Shown: piece by piece, positions 31,924 to 40,924 of the stretch
Layout of the letters: every line of letters starts with the position of its first letter
How positions within the stretch are numbered: position 1 is the stretch's first letter
DNA from: Actinomycetota bacterium
Lineage (GTDB): Bacteria; Actinomycetota; UBA4738; HRBIN12
Direction: 5' to 3'
DNA length: 64,000 bases
Assembly: GCA_035512775.1 (NCBI GenBank)
Contig: DATKDI010000001.1
Span: 3,776 to 67,775, forward strand
Program-made: the position numbers and the translations under genes
Notes under the pieces: model-generated
Told to the model about the DNA's origin: nothing
Seen by the model: only the letters and a program-made list of their open reading frames with translations
The model's database searches: none

Positions 31924-32548
31924 CGGCGACCACCCCTCCGGCTCGGCGTCCCCGCTCCGTGACCACGGCCCCGGTCAGGTCGACTCCCGACGTGTAGGTG
32001 ATCGGCCCGTTCTCCGGATCCGCGATGGAGTTCACCCATGGGTTGACCCAGCCGCGCACCCGTTCGAGTCGCGTGAGCCACGAGGCGACCGTTTGATAGT
32101 CCAGGGCAAGCCCGGCGACATCGATCCGCCCGGTGAACGTCGTGTCGCCTCCCACGGATGCGGTGGGTTCCTGGGCGGCTGCGGTCATCGCGGTGAGCGC
32201 CGCGGTGCTCGGGATCACACGAGAGACATCCATGAGCAGTCCCGAGAAAGAGATCTCGTTGGCGTAGACGGCGTCCAGGAGCTCCTGCTTCGCCTGGGCT
32301 CGCGCGCGCAGCTCCTCGAACTCACGGAGCCTCTCGATCTCTCCTTGCAGACCCTGGTTGGTCTGCTGCTGCTGGTCGATGTCGCTCCTGACGGCACCCA
32401 GGTTCCCCAGCTGAAGGACGTAGAAGACGAAGATGAGTCCGATCACCCCGATACCGGCAAGCGCGACGACGCCGGCCAGCCGTCGCTGACGCTGGGAGGC
32501 GAGGATCTCGGGCGGGAGGAGGTTGACCTGGCTCACGAGCCGCTCCAA
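31913..32548 (-). CDS. pilN: type IV pilus assembly protein PilN-like
   Basis: conserved PilN N-terminus NLLPPEI...RR then TM (VVALAGIGVIGLIFVFYVL) and coiled coil; between pilM and pilO. Confidence 0.7.
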   Translation of the reverse strand: MERLVSQVNLLPPEILASQRQRRLAGVVALAGIGVIGLIFVFYVLQLGNLGAVRSDIDQQQQTNQGLQGEIERLREFEELRARAQAKQELLDAVYANEISFSGLLMDVSRVIPSTAALTAMTAAAQEPTASVGGDTTFTGRIDVAGLALDYQTVASWLTRLERVRGWVNPWVNSIADPENGPITYTSGVDLTGAVVTERGRRAGGVVADAG

Positions 32549-33624
32549 GGGATGCCGAGGCCGACGGCGGTCGCGAGCAGCGGCTCGGCCTCCGCTTGCG
32601 CCGCCTCGGACAAGGACAACTTCGACCCGACCCGACTGAACACGCGGCCGGGCTCGACGGTGACGGGGATCCGCTGCCGCAAGATGTCGATGAAGCCGTC
32701 GAGCTTCGATCCGCCACCGGAGATGAGCAGTCGCTCGATGCGGGCGCCCTGGGTCTGCGCCGTGTAGAACTCGAGCGAGGATCGGATCTCGTCGACGAAC
32801 TGGGTCGCACGCTGCATCGCGATCTCGCTCGCCTGCGCGAGCTGCTTCGCGATCTCTTTCGCCTCCTCGGTTGTGGGCTCGGCGTCCCCCCCGACGTCTC
32901 CCCGCTTCAACCGCTCGGCGACGTCGTCCTCCACGGACATGCCCCGAGCGATCGCAACGGTGATGTCCCGGCCTCCCGACGGGAGGATCCGGACGAACCG
33001 GGTCTCCCCCGCCGCATGCACGACGATGTTGGTGACGTGGGCTCCGACGTCGACGACGGCCTCGCCCCCGCTGGTCTCGAGTTCCATCCCGGCGCCGGTG
33101 GCCCCGACGGCCCGGACCAGTGCGAACGGAACCAGGTCGAGCCCCACCGGCTCGAGCTTCGCGCCTGTCGCGGCGGCGATGAGCGTGTCCACCATCGCCT
33201 TCTGCGCCGCCACCAGCAGCAGACGGAGCATCTGCCGGCCCTCGACCTCCATCTCCTCGATCAGGTGGTAGTCCAGGACCGCCTCATCCACAGGCATCGG
33301 GATGAACTCTTGGACCTGGAACCCGAGTGACTGTCGGAGCTCTTTCTCGGGCATCGTCGGGAGTGCGATCTCCCGAACGACGACGCGCTGGTTCCCCACT
33401 CCCATCCAGACCTTTCGCGATTTGAACCCGCCGTGGCTCGATGACCAGAGCTCTCTCAGTGCTTCGGACACCGCCTCCACGTCCCGAACCTCGCCGTTCT
33501 CGACAGCACCCACCGGAAGCGGCACCTGCGCCGCGCGGATGATCGTCGGGGGCGAACCCTCAGCCAGCTCGGCCGCCCGAACGGCGGTCGAGCCGACGTC
33601 GAGCCCGATCCTCGTCTTCGGCAC
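32533..33624 (-). CDS. pilM: type IV pilus assembly protein PilM (actin-like ATPase fold)
   Basis: IGLDVGSTAVRAAEL...ISGGGSKLDG FtsA/actin-like PilM signature. Confidence 0.85.
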   Translation of the reverse strand: MPKTRIGLDVGSTAVRAAELAEGSPPTIIRAAQVPLPVGAVENGEVRDVEAVSEALRELWSSSHGGFKSRKVWMGVGNQRVVVREIALPTMPEKELRQSLGFQVQEFIPMPVDEAVLDYHLIEEMEVEGRQMLRLLLVAAQKAMVDTLIAAATGAKLEPVGLDLVPFALVRAVGATGAGMELETSGGEAVVDVGAHVTNIVVHAAGETRFVRILPSGGRDITVAIARGMSVEDDVAERLKRGDVGGDAEPTTEEAKEIAKQLAQASEIAMQRATQFVDEIRSSLEFYTAQTQGARIERLLISGGGSKLDGFIDILRQRIPVTVEPGRVFSRVGSKLSLSEAAQAEAEPLLATAVGLGIPWSGS

Positions 33625-33848
33625 TAGCCGCCCTCCACGTGCACGGATCGTCCCTCCAGGAACCGCTCGAGATCGGCCTCGAAGATCCGGTAACCCTTGC
33701 CCACCCGGAGCGCCGGGAGCTCACCCGACCGGATGAGGCGGTAGACGGTCATGTTGGAGACGCGCATCGCCGAGGCGACTTCGGCCACGGTGAAGAGCCT
33801 CCCCGTCACGAACGCCCTTGAGCCGCTCACCACGCTCCTTCGGTGCAT
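33624..33848 (-). CDS. excisionase/BldC-family helix-turn-helix DNA-binding protein
   Basis: LFTVAEVASAMRVSNMTVYRLIRSGELPALRVGKGYRIFEADLERFL MerR/Xis-like HTH; ~74 aa from the internal Met (track ORF extends to 33947). Confidence 0.6.
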   Translation of the reverse strand: MHRRSVVSGSRAFVTGRLFTVAEVASAMRVSNMTVYRLIRSGELPALRVGKGYRIFEADLERFLEGRSVHVEGG

Positions 33849-34075
33849 CTCATATGTCACATGAAGCACATCAGCCACATCAGATTCTTTGAGGCACACC
33901 TGCCTCGTTGGGGGTGTTACGAAACACCAGGCAACTAGCGAAGTCAAACATCTCGGACCGCTAAGAACGGATGCGCTGGAGTACTGCTCCGAAGGGGCCC
34001 CAGTCAGAGGATCGATGGTCCGGAGGAGGGGGCCGGGAACTCGTGGTCGGGGAAGGGAGTCTCAGAGATCCGTGA

Positions 34076-34852
34076 TCAGAGGAAGCGGCCGATGTACCAG
34101 GAGGCGATCTCCTCGCCCCACAGGCCCGCCACCACCGCGCCCGCGGCGAGGTAAGGCCCGAACGGGATCGCGCTCTTCCGGCCTCTCCCCATCGCCAGAG
34201 CGACCAGTCCCCCGAGACCGCCCGAGGCGATCGCCGCGCCTGCGGCCACACCGACGAAGCGCAGGCCGAGCGACCCGAAGACCAGCCCGATCAAGGCGGC
34301 GAGCTTCACGTCTCCCATCCCCATCCCCCCCGATACCGCAGCGACGACGAAGAGGATCCCCCCGTACAGCAGGAGCCCGATGCCCGCACGGGCCGGGTCT
34401 GCCGCCTCGCCGATGAACCGGGCGAGCACGATGAGCACGGAGAACAGGACGAGCGAGGGGTACATCAAGCGGTTGGGGATGATCCGATGTCTGAGGTCGA
34501 TGAGGGCGATCCCCGGCATGAGCGCGAGGAGACCTCCGATCAACACCGCCTGCCATGGGTTCGGGTGCCGGATCGCCACGAGGACCACGAGTCCGGCCGT
34601 GGCCAGCTCGACCAAGGGGTACTCGACGGAGATGCGTGCGCCGCATCGCCGGCACCTGCCCCGGAGCAAGAACCAGGAGAGCACCGGGATGTTGTCGCGA
34701 GCGCCGATCTCCGCTCCACAGGAAGGACACCTCGATCGGGGCCGCACGACGGACTCGCCCCTCGGGAGCCGGTGGACCGCGACCGTCATGAAGCTGCCCA
34801 CGCCGAGTCCGAACGGCAGGGCGACGATCGCGCGGATCCAAGCGTCATCCAC
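34076..34852 (-). CDS. pilD: prepilin peptidase (A24 family)
   Basis: N-terminal zinc-ribbon CPSCGAEIGARDNIPVLSWFLLRGRCRRCG plus polytopic membrane domain with catalytic Asp motifs (GGMGMGDVKL). Confidence 0.85.
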   Translation of the reverse strand: MDDAWIRAIVALPFGLGVGSFMTVAVHRLPRGESVVRPRSRCPSCGAEIGARDNIPVLSWFLLRGRCRRCGARISVEYPLVELATAGLVVLVAIRHPNPWQAVLIGGLLALMPGIALIDLRHRIIPNRLMYPSLVLFSVLIVLARFIGEAADPARAGIGLLLYGGILFVVAAVSGGMGMGDVKLAALIGLVFGSLGLRFVGVAAGAAIASGGLGGLVALAMGRGRKSAIPFGPYLAAGAVVAGLWGEEIASWYIGRFL

Positions 34853-34903
34853 GGGGCCGAACCCTACCCGCAGGCGTGCCCGCGGTGGTGGAAGCGTGCC
34901 GCC

Positions 34904-36343
34904 TCACTCGTGGATGTAGGAGATGTCCTGCTTGAAGCCGGTGACACCGGTGATCCCGGGGACCAGCACCGGCTTGTAGGACATCTTGAAGTTGTTCCCG
35001 ATCGTGACGTCCTTCGCCAGCACCTGGCCCGCGAACGCGTTCTGATTGCTCATCGTGGCCTTGCACGGCGTGTAGAACGAGACGTTCGTCCAGCTGTTGA
35101 AGCTCGTGTTGTTGCCGACGGAGATGTCCTTCGTGCCGTCGCAGGGGCTGTCCGAGTACACGCTGATGAAATGGATGTTCTTGATCGAACCGGACGTCCC
35201 GTTCCACGTCGAACGCTGCGCGAAGTTGAAGCCGCCGTCGGAGAGGATCCCCAGGTGCCCGGGGAGCGTGTAGATCGTGTTGTTGGGGGGCGCGAGGGTA
35301 CACGTCTCGTCGATGCGGATCAGCGCGTTGGTGATACCGCTCGTCGCCCAGCGGTTCTTGATCCAGTCGTGCGCCTTGGTGCACTTCGTGGTCCCGGTGG
35401 CCGTGCTCAGATCGACCAGCGTGTAGCCGGCGGAGATCCACGGGGCGGTATCCGACGTGATCTGGGGAAAGCTCTGCGTGGGCACGTCCGGCATGCTCAC
35501 GAACTCGGTGATCGTGCCGCCGATCGTGAGCTTCGAATCGTCGACATCACCGCCGGCGGTCGCGTCGCCGTCGACGAAACCCGTACCGAAGATGTCGCCC
35601 TCCGACGAGAGGGCGGCGGCCTCGACGGTCGCAGGGTTGCCCACATCCACGTCGTCGCGGGCCCACAGGTTCCCCTTGATGATCGCACCGTTGTTCAGGG
35701 TGGCGGATCCGAACGGGACATAGACGTTCCCGTACACGGTCATCGAGTTCTGGATGTTGAGGTTCCCGTTCAGGACGTAGATGTCACCGTCGTTCCCGGT
35801 GTTCCCGTTCACCGTGAAGTTCCCCTGGAAGTCGGGGCCGTTCACGGCGAGGATCGCTGCCCCGAAGCCTCCGAAGTTCGGCGTGAGCCGGATGTACGTC
35901 TCGATCGTCCGTGCCGGCGCTCCGTTGATCGTTCCCGTGGACTCCACCTTCGCGAAAGCGGGGTAGGTCGTGTCGGTGAAGGTGGAGCATTTCATCTGCG
36001 TCGTGCCGTCGGCCGCGTAGAACGTCCCGATAGAGTCGAAGGCCGCCTGGGACGGCCCTGATTGCACGACGTCACCGATGGTGAGCAGGCCAGTCCCGCC
36101 GTCGCATCCGGGATCCACGGCCATGGACAGCGAGGGCGTGGTCTGCAGGTACGCGTACCAGTGATTCGTTCCCGCCTCTGCCGCGTTGATCGACAGGAGC
36201 CGCTCCCGGTCGTACCCGCTGGAATCCAGCGAATGGATCGACTGGGCCACCACCACGGTGGAGAGGATCAGCACGACGAACGCGACGGAGAGCGACACGA
36301 TCATCGCGACCCCCCGTTCCTCGTCTCGCAGGCGCTTGAGCAT
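34904..36343 (-). CDS. large pilin-like protein (GspK/PilX-like, lacks Glu+5) with Asn/Gly-rich beta-helix-like repeats
   Basis: N-terminus MLKRLRDEERG/VAMIVSLSVAFVVLILSTVVVA shares the locus-specific prepilin leader; body has repeats VNGNTGNDGDIYVLNGNLNIQN...YGNVYVPFGSATLNNGAIIKGNL. Confidence 0.6.
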   Translation of the reverse strand: MLKRLRDEERGVAMIVSLSVAFVVLILSTVVVAQSIHSLDSSGYDRERLLSINAAEAGTNHWYAYLQTTPSLSMAVDPGCDGGTGLLTIGDVVQSGPSQAAFDSIGTFYAADGTTQMKCSTFTDTTYPAFAKVESTGTINGAPARTIETYIRLTPNFGGFGAAILAVNGPDFQGNFTVNGNTGNDGDIYVLNGNLNIQNSMTVYGNVYVPFGSATLNNGAIIKGNLWARDDVDVGNPATVEAAALSSEGDIFGTGFVDGDATAGGDVDDSKLTIGGTITEFVSMPDVPTQSFPQITSDTAPWISAGYTLVDLSTATGTTKCTKAHDWIKNRWATSGITNALIRIDETCTLAPPNNTIYTLPGHLGILSDGGFNFAQRSTWNGTSGSIKNIHFISVYSDSPCDGTKDISVGNNTSFNSWTNVSFYTPCKATMSNQNAFAGQVLAKDVTIGNNFKMSYKPVLVPGITGVTGFKQDISYIHE

Positions 36344-36368
36344 CGGTGTCGTCTCCTTTGATCTGGCG

Positions 36369-36992
36369 TCAGATGAGTGGGTCCGGGAGCGTTTCGCAGA
36401 GCTGGATGGGATAGCCGAACGACGTGTTGCGGCCAGTCAGCGATGCCTCGAAGAGCTGGGTGGCTTGGGGACGGTTCTGCAGGTCGGGGTTCACGTGGAA
36501 CGCGACGGCGATGGTCCGTCCAGCCGGGTCCAGGGAGAACGCCGGTTGGGCGAGGGTACGATTCACGACCCCGTCGGCGACGACCGTCCAATCGGACGCG
36601 GCGTTCGGGTCGAGCACAGGCCACGTCCGGTACAGCACCTGCTGCTCGTCGTTCACCAGCCAGAGGGCGCATCGGGGATCCTCGTTCTCGGCCTGCTCGG
36701 CCTGGGTGTAGATCCGGAACAGATAGCCGGTGGCTGCGGCGTCGAAGGGATCGTTCCCCGATTCGTCGACCGGGTCATACAGGATGTTCCCGGAACGGAC
36801 CAACCGGTCGATCGACTGCAGAGTGAGGCGAGCCTGATCGTTCAGTTGTCCACGCACTTCTTCCTCCACGACCGCTCGCTGGATGCTCGAGAGCGTGGTG
36901 GTCATGACCAGCATCACGATGGAGAGGATCGCCATCGCGACGACGAGCTCGACCAACGTCATGCCACGCTCTTCACGGAGCCGACGCAGCAT
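36369..36992 (-). CDS. minor pilin (prepilin-type N-terminal cleavage/methylation domain)
   Basis: MLRRLREERG/MTLVELVVAMAILSIV canonical G/(F,M)TLxE class III signal; ~200 aa. Confidence 0.75.
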   Translation of the reverse strand: MLRRLREERGMTLVELVVAMAILSIVMLVMTTTLSSIQRAVVEEEVRGQLNDQARLTLQSIDRLVRSGNILYDPVDESGNDPFDAAATGYLFRIYTQAEQAENEDPRCALWLVNDEQQVLYRTWPVLDPNAASDWTVVADGVVNRTLAQPAFSLDPAGRTIAVAFHVNPDLQNRPQATQLFEASLTGRNTSFGYPIQLCETLPDPLI

Positions 36993-37014
36993 CCACGTGA
37001 ACCGCGGCATAGGC

Positions 37015-38814
37015 CTAGGCTCCCTGGGCGGCCGGCGGCGGCCCGTAGATGGCGCGAGCGAAAAGGTCGCCGGGATCGAGGGAGGCCGTCAGGTTGATCT
37101 GCGTGATCCCGTCGACGATGAACTGGTAGCGGATCGTGATCTCGATCGGCTGGGATGTGGCTTGGACGTCCCAGCGAACGTCGCCGTCCGTGGGATCCGT
37201 GGTCTGCGATGTGCTGTTGGTGGCGTGTTGGATCCCGCCAGCCGCGACGGTCACCCGCCAGGTCGCGGTCGAGGCCCCCACCACTTCGGTCCTGGAACAG
37301 GAGCTCAGGCTGAGCGAGTCGAGCGAGGAGTCCGTCACGCTCTTGCTCGTGTACCCCGACCCGCTCCCGGTGTAGTAGGTGAACGTCCCGTTGACGCTCG
37401 CGGACGGCGCCGTCGCCGTGCTCTCCCCCGCCACGGCCCGGACCGAATCCCCGTAGCCGACGAGGCGGACGCAGTAGTTGTTGTCGCTCGTCGCCGTCGC
37501 GCTCATGTTCGACGGCGGCGTCATGCCGGAGGTCGGGAACCCGCCCAGATAGACGGTTCCAAGCGTCCTCGAGGCGTTGGCGTCGACGATCCCGTCCTCG
37601 GCGGAGCCTGCCGTGTCGCGGTCGATCGACGATGTGGTGTCGCTGGACGGTCCGACGATACGAACGAGGTTCGCAGGCCCGACGGAGGACAGCAGCTGCG
37701 AATGCAGGACCTGGACGGTCACTTCCCCGACCTGACGCACCTTCGCGCCGGAGCACGGCAGAAGATCCGTCTCGCGCGTGCCGGTCGTCGGGCAGGCGTA
37801 CGTGTCGACGCCAGATGCGTCCACGCTCGTGGAACGCCCCTCGGTGTCACCTGAGGCCACAGTCGCACGGAGACCGACCTCCGTGCCGGGTCCCGTCACC
37901 ACCCGCTCGAGGGTGTGGCTCGTGAGGTTCGTCGTCGAGCCGCCGTCGGTGGTTCCTGAAGCGGTCTCGACCTTGTCGTCCGCGTCGCTGGTCGCTCGCT
38001 GGTTCCCGGCGGTTTCGGTACTCACGCTGTCGACCATCTCGAGTCCCGAGAGGGTCGTCACGACGTCCAGCTCCGTCGCTTGTTCCTCCTGGGCCGTCAC
38101 GGACGCACCGGGTAGGGTCACGGCCAGCGAGGTGAAGTCGATCGCGAAATCGTACAGTTGGCCCTCGACGTCCAGTCGCGCCCGTGGATCGTCCACCTGC
38201 CCGTAGAAGAACGGCTGGCACGGCGCCGCGAAGGGGTGCGTCGTGGAGTTGACGCACCCGTCCGGCGACCAGAAGAGGCTCTGGACCCTCACCGAGTTTT
38301 CCGGAGCGTTGGCGATCGCGCCGCCCGCCCACTCCACGATCACGGTCACGCGGTAGGGGTTCGAGCTCGGATCGTCGTTCGTGACGTACGTCCAGTACGT
38401 CACGTCGAGATTCCCGACCGTCAGCGCATCCGTGTGCGGGACGAGCCAGGCGGCCTCGTAGCTCGCGTCGAAGGTCGAGGAGACGATCTCCTCGCCGGTG
38501 CAGGACTGGAATCGGTACTCTCCGGAACAGCCCACGATCCGGCTATCGGAAGCCAGCTCCGACGTGGGGATCCCGCTCGTGATCTTCGTGTAGGCGAGGC
38601 CTCGGATGTCCTCCATGACGCGATTCGCGATCCCGGTCGCCTGGATCCGGTCCCGGCCGTAGCCCGTGTACCGGAAGCCGATCGAGGCCGTGTACGCGAG
38701 CGCGGTCAACGATGCGAAGACGACCATCAGCGCGATGACCGTTTCGAGGATGGTGAACCCACGTTCGCCATGGAGGCGTACACGGATCCGCCGGCTGAGA
38801 TGACGTCGACTCAT
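37015..38814 (-). CDS. giant pilin-like protein (599 aa) with prepilin N-terminus, Ser/Thr-rich, multiple Cys pairs
   Basis: HGERG/FTILETVIALMVVFASLTALAYT prepilin signal; long S/T/G/D-rich body. Confidence 0.7.
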   Translation of the reverse strand: MSRRHLSRRIRVRLHGERGFTILETVIALMVVFASLTALAYTASIGFRYTGYGRDRIQATGIANRVMEDIRGLAYTKITSGIPTSELASDSRIVGCSGEYRFQSCTGEEIVSSTFDASYEAAWLVPHTDALTVGNLDVTYWTYVTNDDPSSNPYRVTVIVEWAGGAIANAPENSVRVQSLFWSPDGCVNSTTHPFAAPCQPFFYGQVDDPRARLDVEGQLYDFAIDFTSLAVTLPGASVTAQEEQATELDVVTTLSGLEMVDSVSTETAGNQRATSDADDKVETASGTTDGGSTTNLTSHTLERVVTGPGTEVGLRATVASGDTEGRSTSVDASGVDTYACPTTGTRETDLLPCSGAKVRQVGEVTVQVLHSQLLSSVGPANLVRIVGPSSDTTSSIDRDTAGSAEDGIVDANASRTLGTVYLGGFPTSGMTPPSNMSATATSDNNYCVRLVGYGDSVRAVAGESTATAPSASVNGTFTYYTGSGSGYTSKSVTDSSLDSLSLSSCSRTEVVGASTATWRVTVAAGGIQHATNSTSQTTDPTDGDVRWDVQATSQPIEITIRYQFIVDGITQINLTASLDPGDLFARAIYGPPPAAQGA

Positions 38815-38945
38815 GTCCGTCCTTCGAGATACCTAGAGAAGCTTCCCTTCACGATGTCGGCAGGCTCTGCCCCTCACTTGAGGTCCGGCCGAGCACGTGA
38901 GAGCTCAAAGAGCCTGCCTCACAGGCGCGACGACACAAGATGCGG

Positions 38946-38973
38946 AAAGGGCGGCCCCGAGGGGCCGCCCTTC
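38946..38973 (-). terminator. intrinsic terminator downstream of pilA
   Basis: perfect hairpin GGGCGGCCCC-GA-GGGGCCGCCC followed by UUU on the minus-strand RNA. Confidence 0.55.
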
Positions 38974-38999
38974 CAGCCTTCGTGCTATCGCGGTTCGGC

Positions 39000-39482
39000 T
39001 TACCAGCCGCCCGCGGCAGCGACCGCGTTCGTGCCGTTGCACGTCGCAGCCACGCCCACCCCGAAGGTGGTACCGGGGCCGGTCGCGTTGTCGGAGATCT
39101 CGAAGCAATCCCCGGACTCGGACAGTGACGCGGCCGACCAGACCTGATCGACCACCGGACCGGCGGCGTCCGTCACCGTCAGGCTCACCGATGTGGGCCC
39201 CGTCGACAGGGCCGCGTCGACGACGTAGCTCAGAGACGGCTCGATCGCCGTGAGCTCGGCGGCCGTGTCGGCCCCGCTGTAGTCGCTGTTGTCGGTGTAG
39301 GCCGTCTTCGCAGCGACCAGAGCGTTCCGGAGGCTCGACTGAGCCGCCCGGTTCTGCGCCCTCTCACGGGCGCCGAGGAACGTCGGCAGAGCGATGGCGA
39401 CCAGGATGCCGATGATCAGAACGACCACCATCAACTCGATGAGGGTGAAACCCTCCTCACGCTCACGCAAACGCTTGAGCAT
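39000..39482 (-). CDS. pilA: type IV major pilin
   Basis: MLKRLREREEG/FTLIELMVVVLIIGILVAIALP class III prepilin; ~150-aa mature pilin with C-terminal Cys pair (CFEISDNATGPGTTFGVGVAATC); own promoter region and terminator. Confidence 0.85.
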   Translation of the reverse strand: MLKRLREREEGFTLIELMVVVLIIGILVAIALPTFLGARERAQNRAAQSSLRNALVAAKTAYTDNSDYSGADTAAELTAIEPSLSYVVDAALSTGPTSVSLTVTDAAGPVVDQVWSAASLSESGDCFEISDNATGPGTTFGVGVAATCNGTNAVAAAGGW

Positions 39483-39714
39483 TCTGCCTTCGCCTCCCTT
39501 CCTTTGTTTTTGCGCACCACAGCGGTGCGCGTTCTCCACTGATGTCGGCCGCCCGGGTCACGAACTGAAGCTCTTCGCAGCAGGAACATCGAAATAGACC
39601 AGATGGACTACCCGAGAAGGAGTACCCGCTTCTACGGGGCGCCAGGAACGACGGGGGCCGGCGGCGCCCGAAGGTACCGCCGGCCCGCCATCTCCGTCCG
39701 GCGATGACGGAGCT

Positions 39715-40923
39715 CTACTCGATCAGCTTGATGATGTTGAACATCGGCATGTACAAGGCCACGACCGCGGCGCCCACGCAGCCGCCGATGACCGCGATCA
39801 GGATCGGCTCGATCAGAGAGGTCAGGGAGTCGACCGCCGCCTCGACCTCCTGGTCGTAGAACTGCGCGATCTTCTCGAGCATGAGATCGACCTGGCCCGT
39901 TTCCTCTCCCACCGCGATCATCTGGACGACCATCGGCGGGAAGACCGGGTACTTGGTGAGCGGTTTGGCGATCGACTCGCCGTCGCGGACCGACAGCTGC
40001 ACCTCGGTGATCGCCTTCCCGACGACCTTGTTGTTCACGGTGTCGCTCACGATCTCGAGGGCCTGGAGGATCGGCACGCCGGACTTCATCAACATCGCCA
40101 GCGTGCTCGAGAACCGGGACAGCGCGGTCTTGTGGAACAACGCGCCGAACACAGGCGCCCGGAGCTTCACGGCGTCGACGACCTCACGGCCCTTCTCCGT
40201 CTTCTTGTACCGGCGGAGGAAGAACCGGGCGCCGAGCGACCCTCCCAGGACGATGTACCAATACGACTTGAACGTCTCGGACATCCACAACAGACCGCGA
40301 GTGGGCAGCGGGAGCGTCCCGCCGAGCTGGCCGAAGATCGATTCGAACTGCGGGACAACGAACAACAGCATCGCGGACATGATGAGGACCACGAGGGCGA
40401 CCACGGCGACCGGGTAGGTCATCGCCGACTTGATCTTGCCGCGCAGCCGGACCTCGCGCTCGATCATGTCGGCCAGGGCCGTCAGGGTTGAGTCCAGAGA
40501 CCCACCGGTCTCCCCTGCCCTCACCATCGAGACGTACAGGTTGTTGAAGACGTGGTCGTGCTTCCCGATCGCCCCGGACAGCGACGAACCCTGCTCGACG
40601 TCGAGGCGAACCTCGCTCAAGACGCGTGCCAGCTCCTTGTTGTCGCTCTGATCCGACAGGATCCCGATGGCACGGAGGATCGGCAGTCCGGAGTTGACCA
40701 TCGTGGCGAACTGGCGGGAGAAGAGCGCGACCTGCTTGAGCTTGACCTTCTTGCCGCCGAACTCGATCTGACCGATACCCCGCTTCTGGCGCTGGACGTC
40801 CAGCGGCGTGAGCCCCTGCTCGCGCAGTCGCGCGAGGACCAGGGCCTCGCTGTCGGCGACGAGCGACCCCGTGGTGACGTTCCCCGTGCGGTCGCGAACC
40901 TTGTACTGGAAGGTATCTGCCAT
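39715..40923 (-). CDS. pilC: type IV pilus platform protein PilC (GspF family)
   Basis: duplicated GspF domain; polytopic membrane protein; pilB-pilT-pilC order. Confidence 0.9.
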   Translation of the reverse strand: MADTFQYKVRDRTGNVTTGSLVADSEALVLARLREQGLTPLDVQRQKRGIGQIEFGGKKVKLKQVALFSRQFATMVNSGLPILRAIGILSDQSDNKELARVLSEVRLDVEQGSSLSGAIGKHDHVFNNLYVSMVRAGETGGSLDSTLTALADMIEREVRLRGKIKSAMTYPVAVVALVVLIMSAMLLFVVPQFESIFGQLGGTLPLPTRGLLWMSETFKSYWYIVLGGSLGARFFLRRYKKTEKGREVVDAVKLRAPVFGALFHKTALSRFSSTLAMLMKSGVPILQALEIVSDTVNNKVVGKAITEVQLSVRDGESIAKPLTKYPVFPPMVVQMIAVGEETGQVDLMLEKIAQFYDQEVEAAVDSLTSLIEPILIAVIGGCVGAAVVALYMPMFNIIKLIE

Positions 40924-40924
40924 C

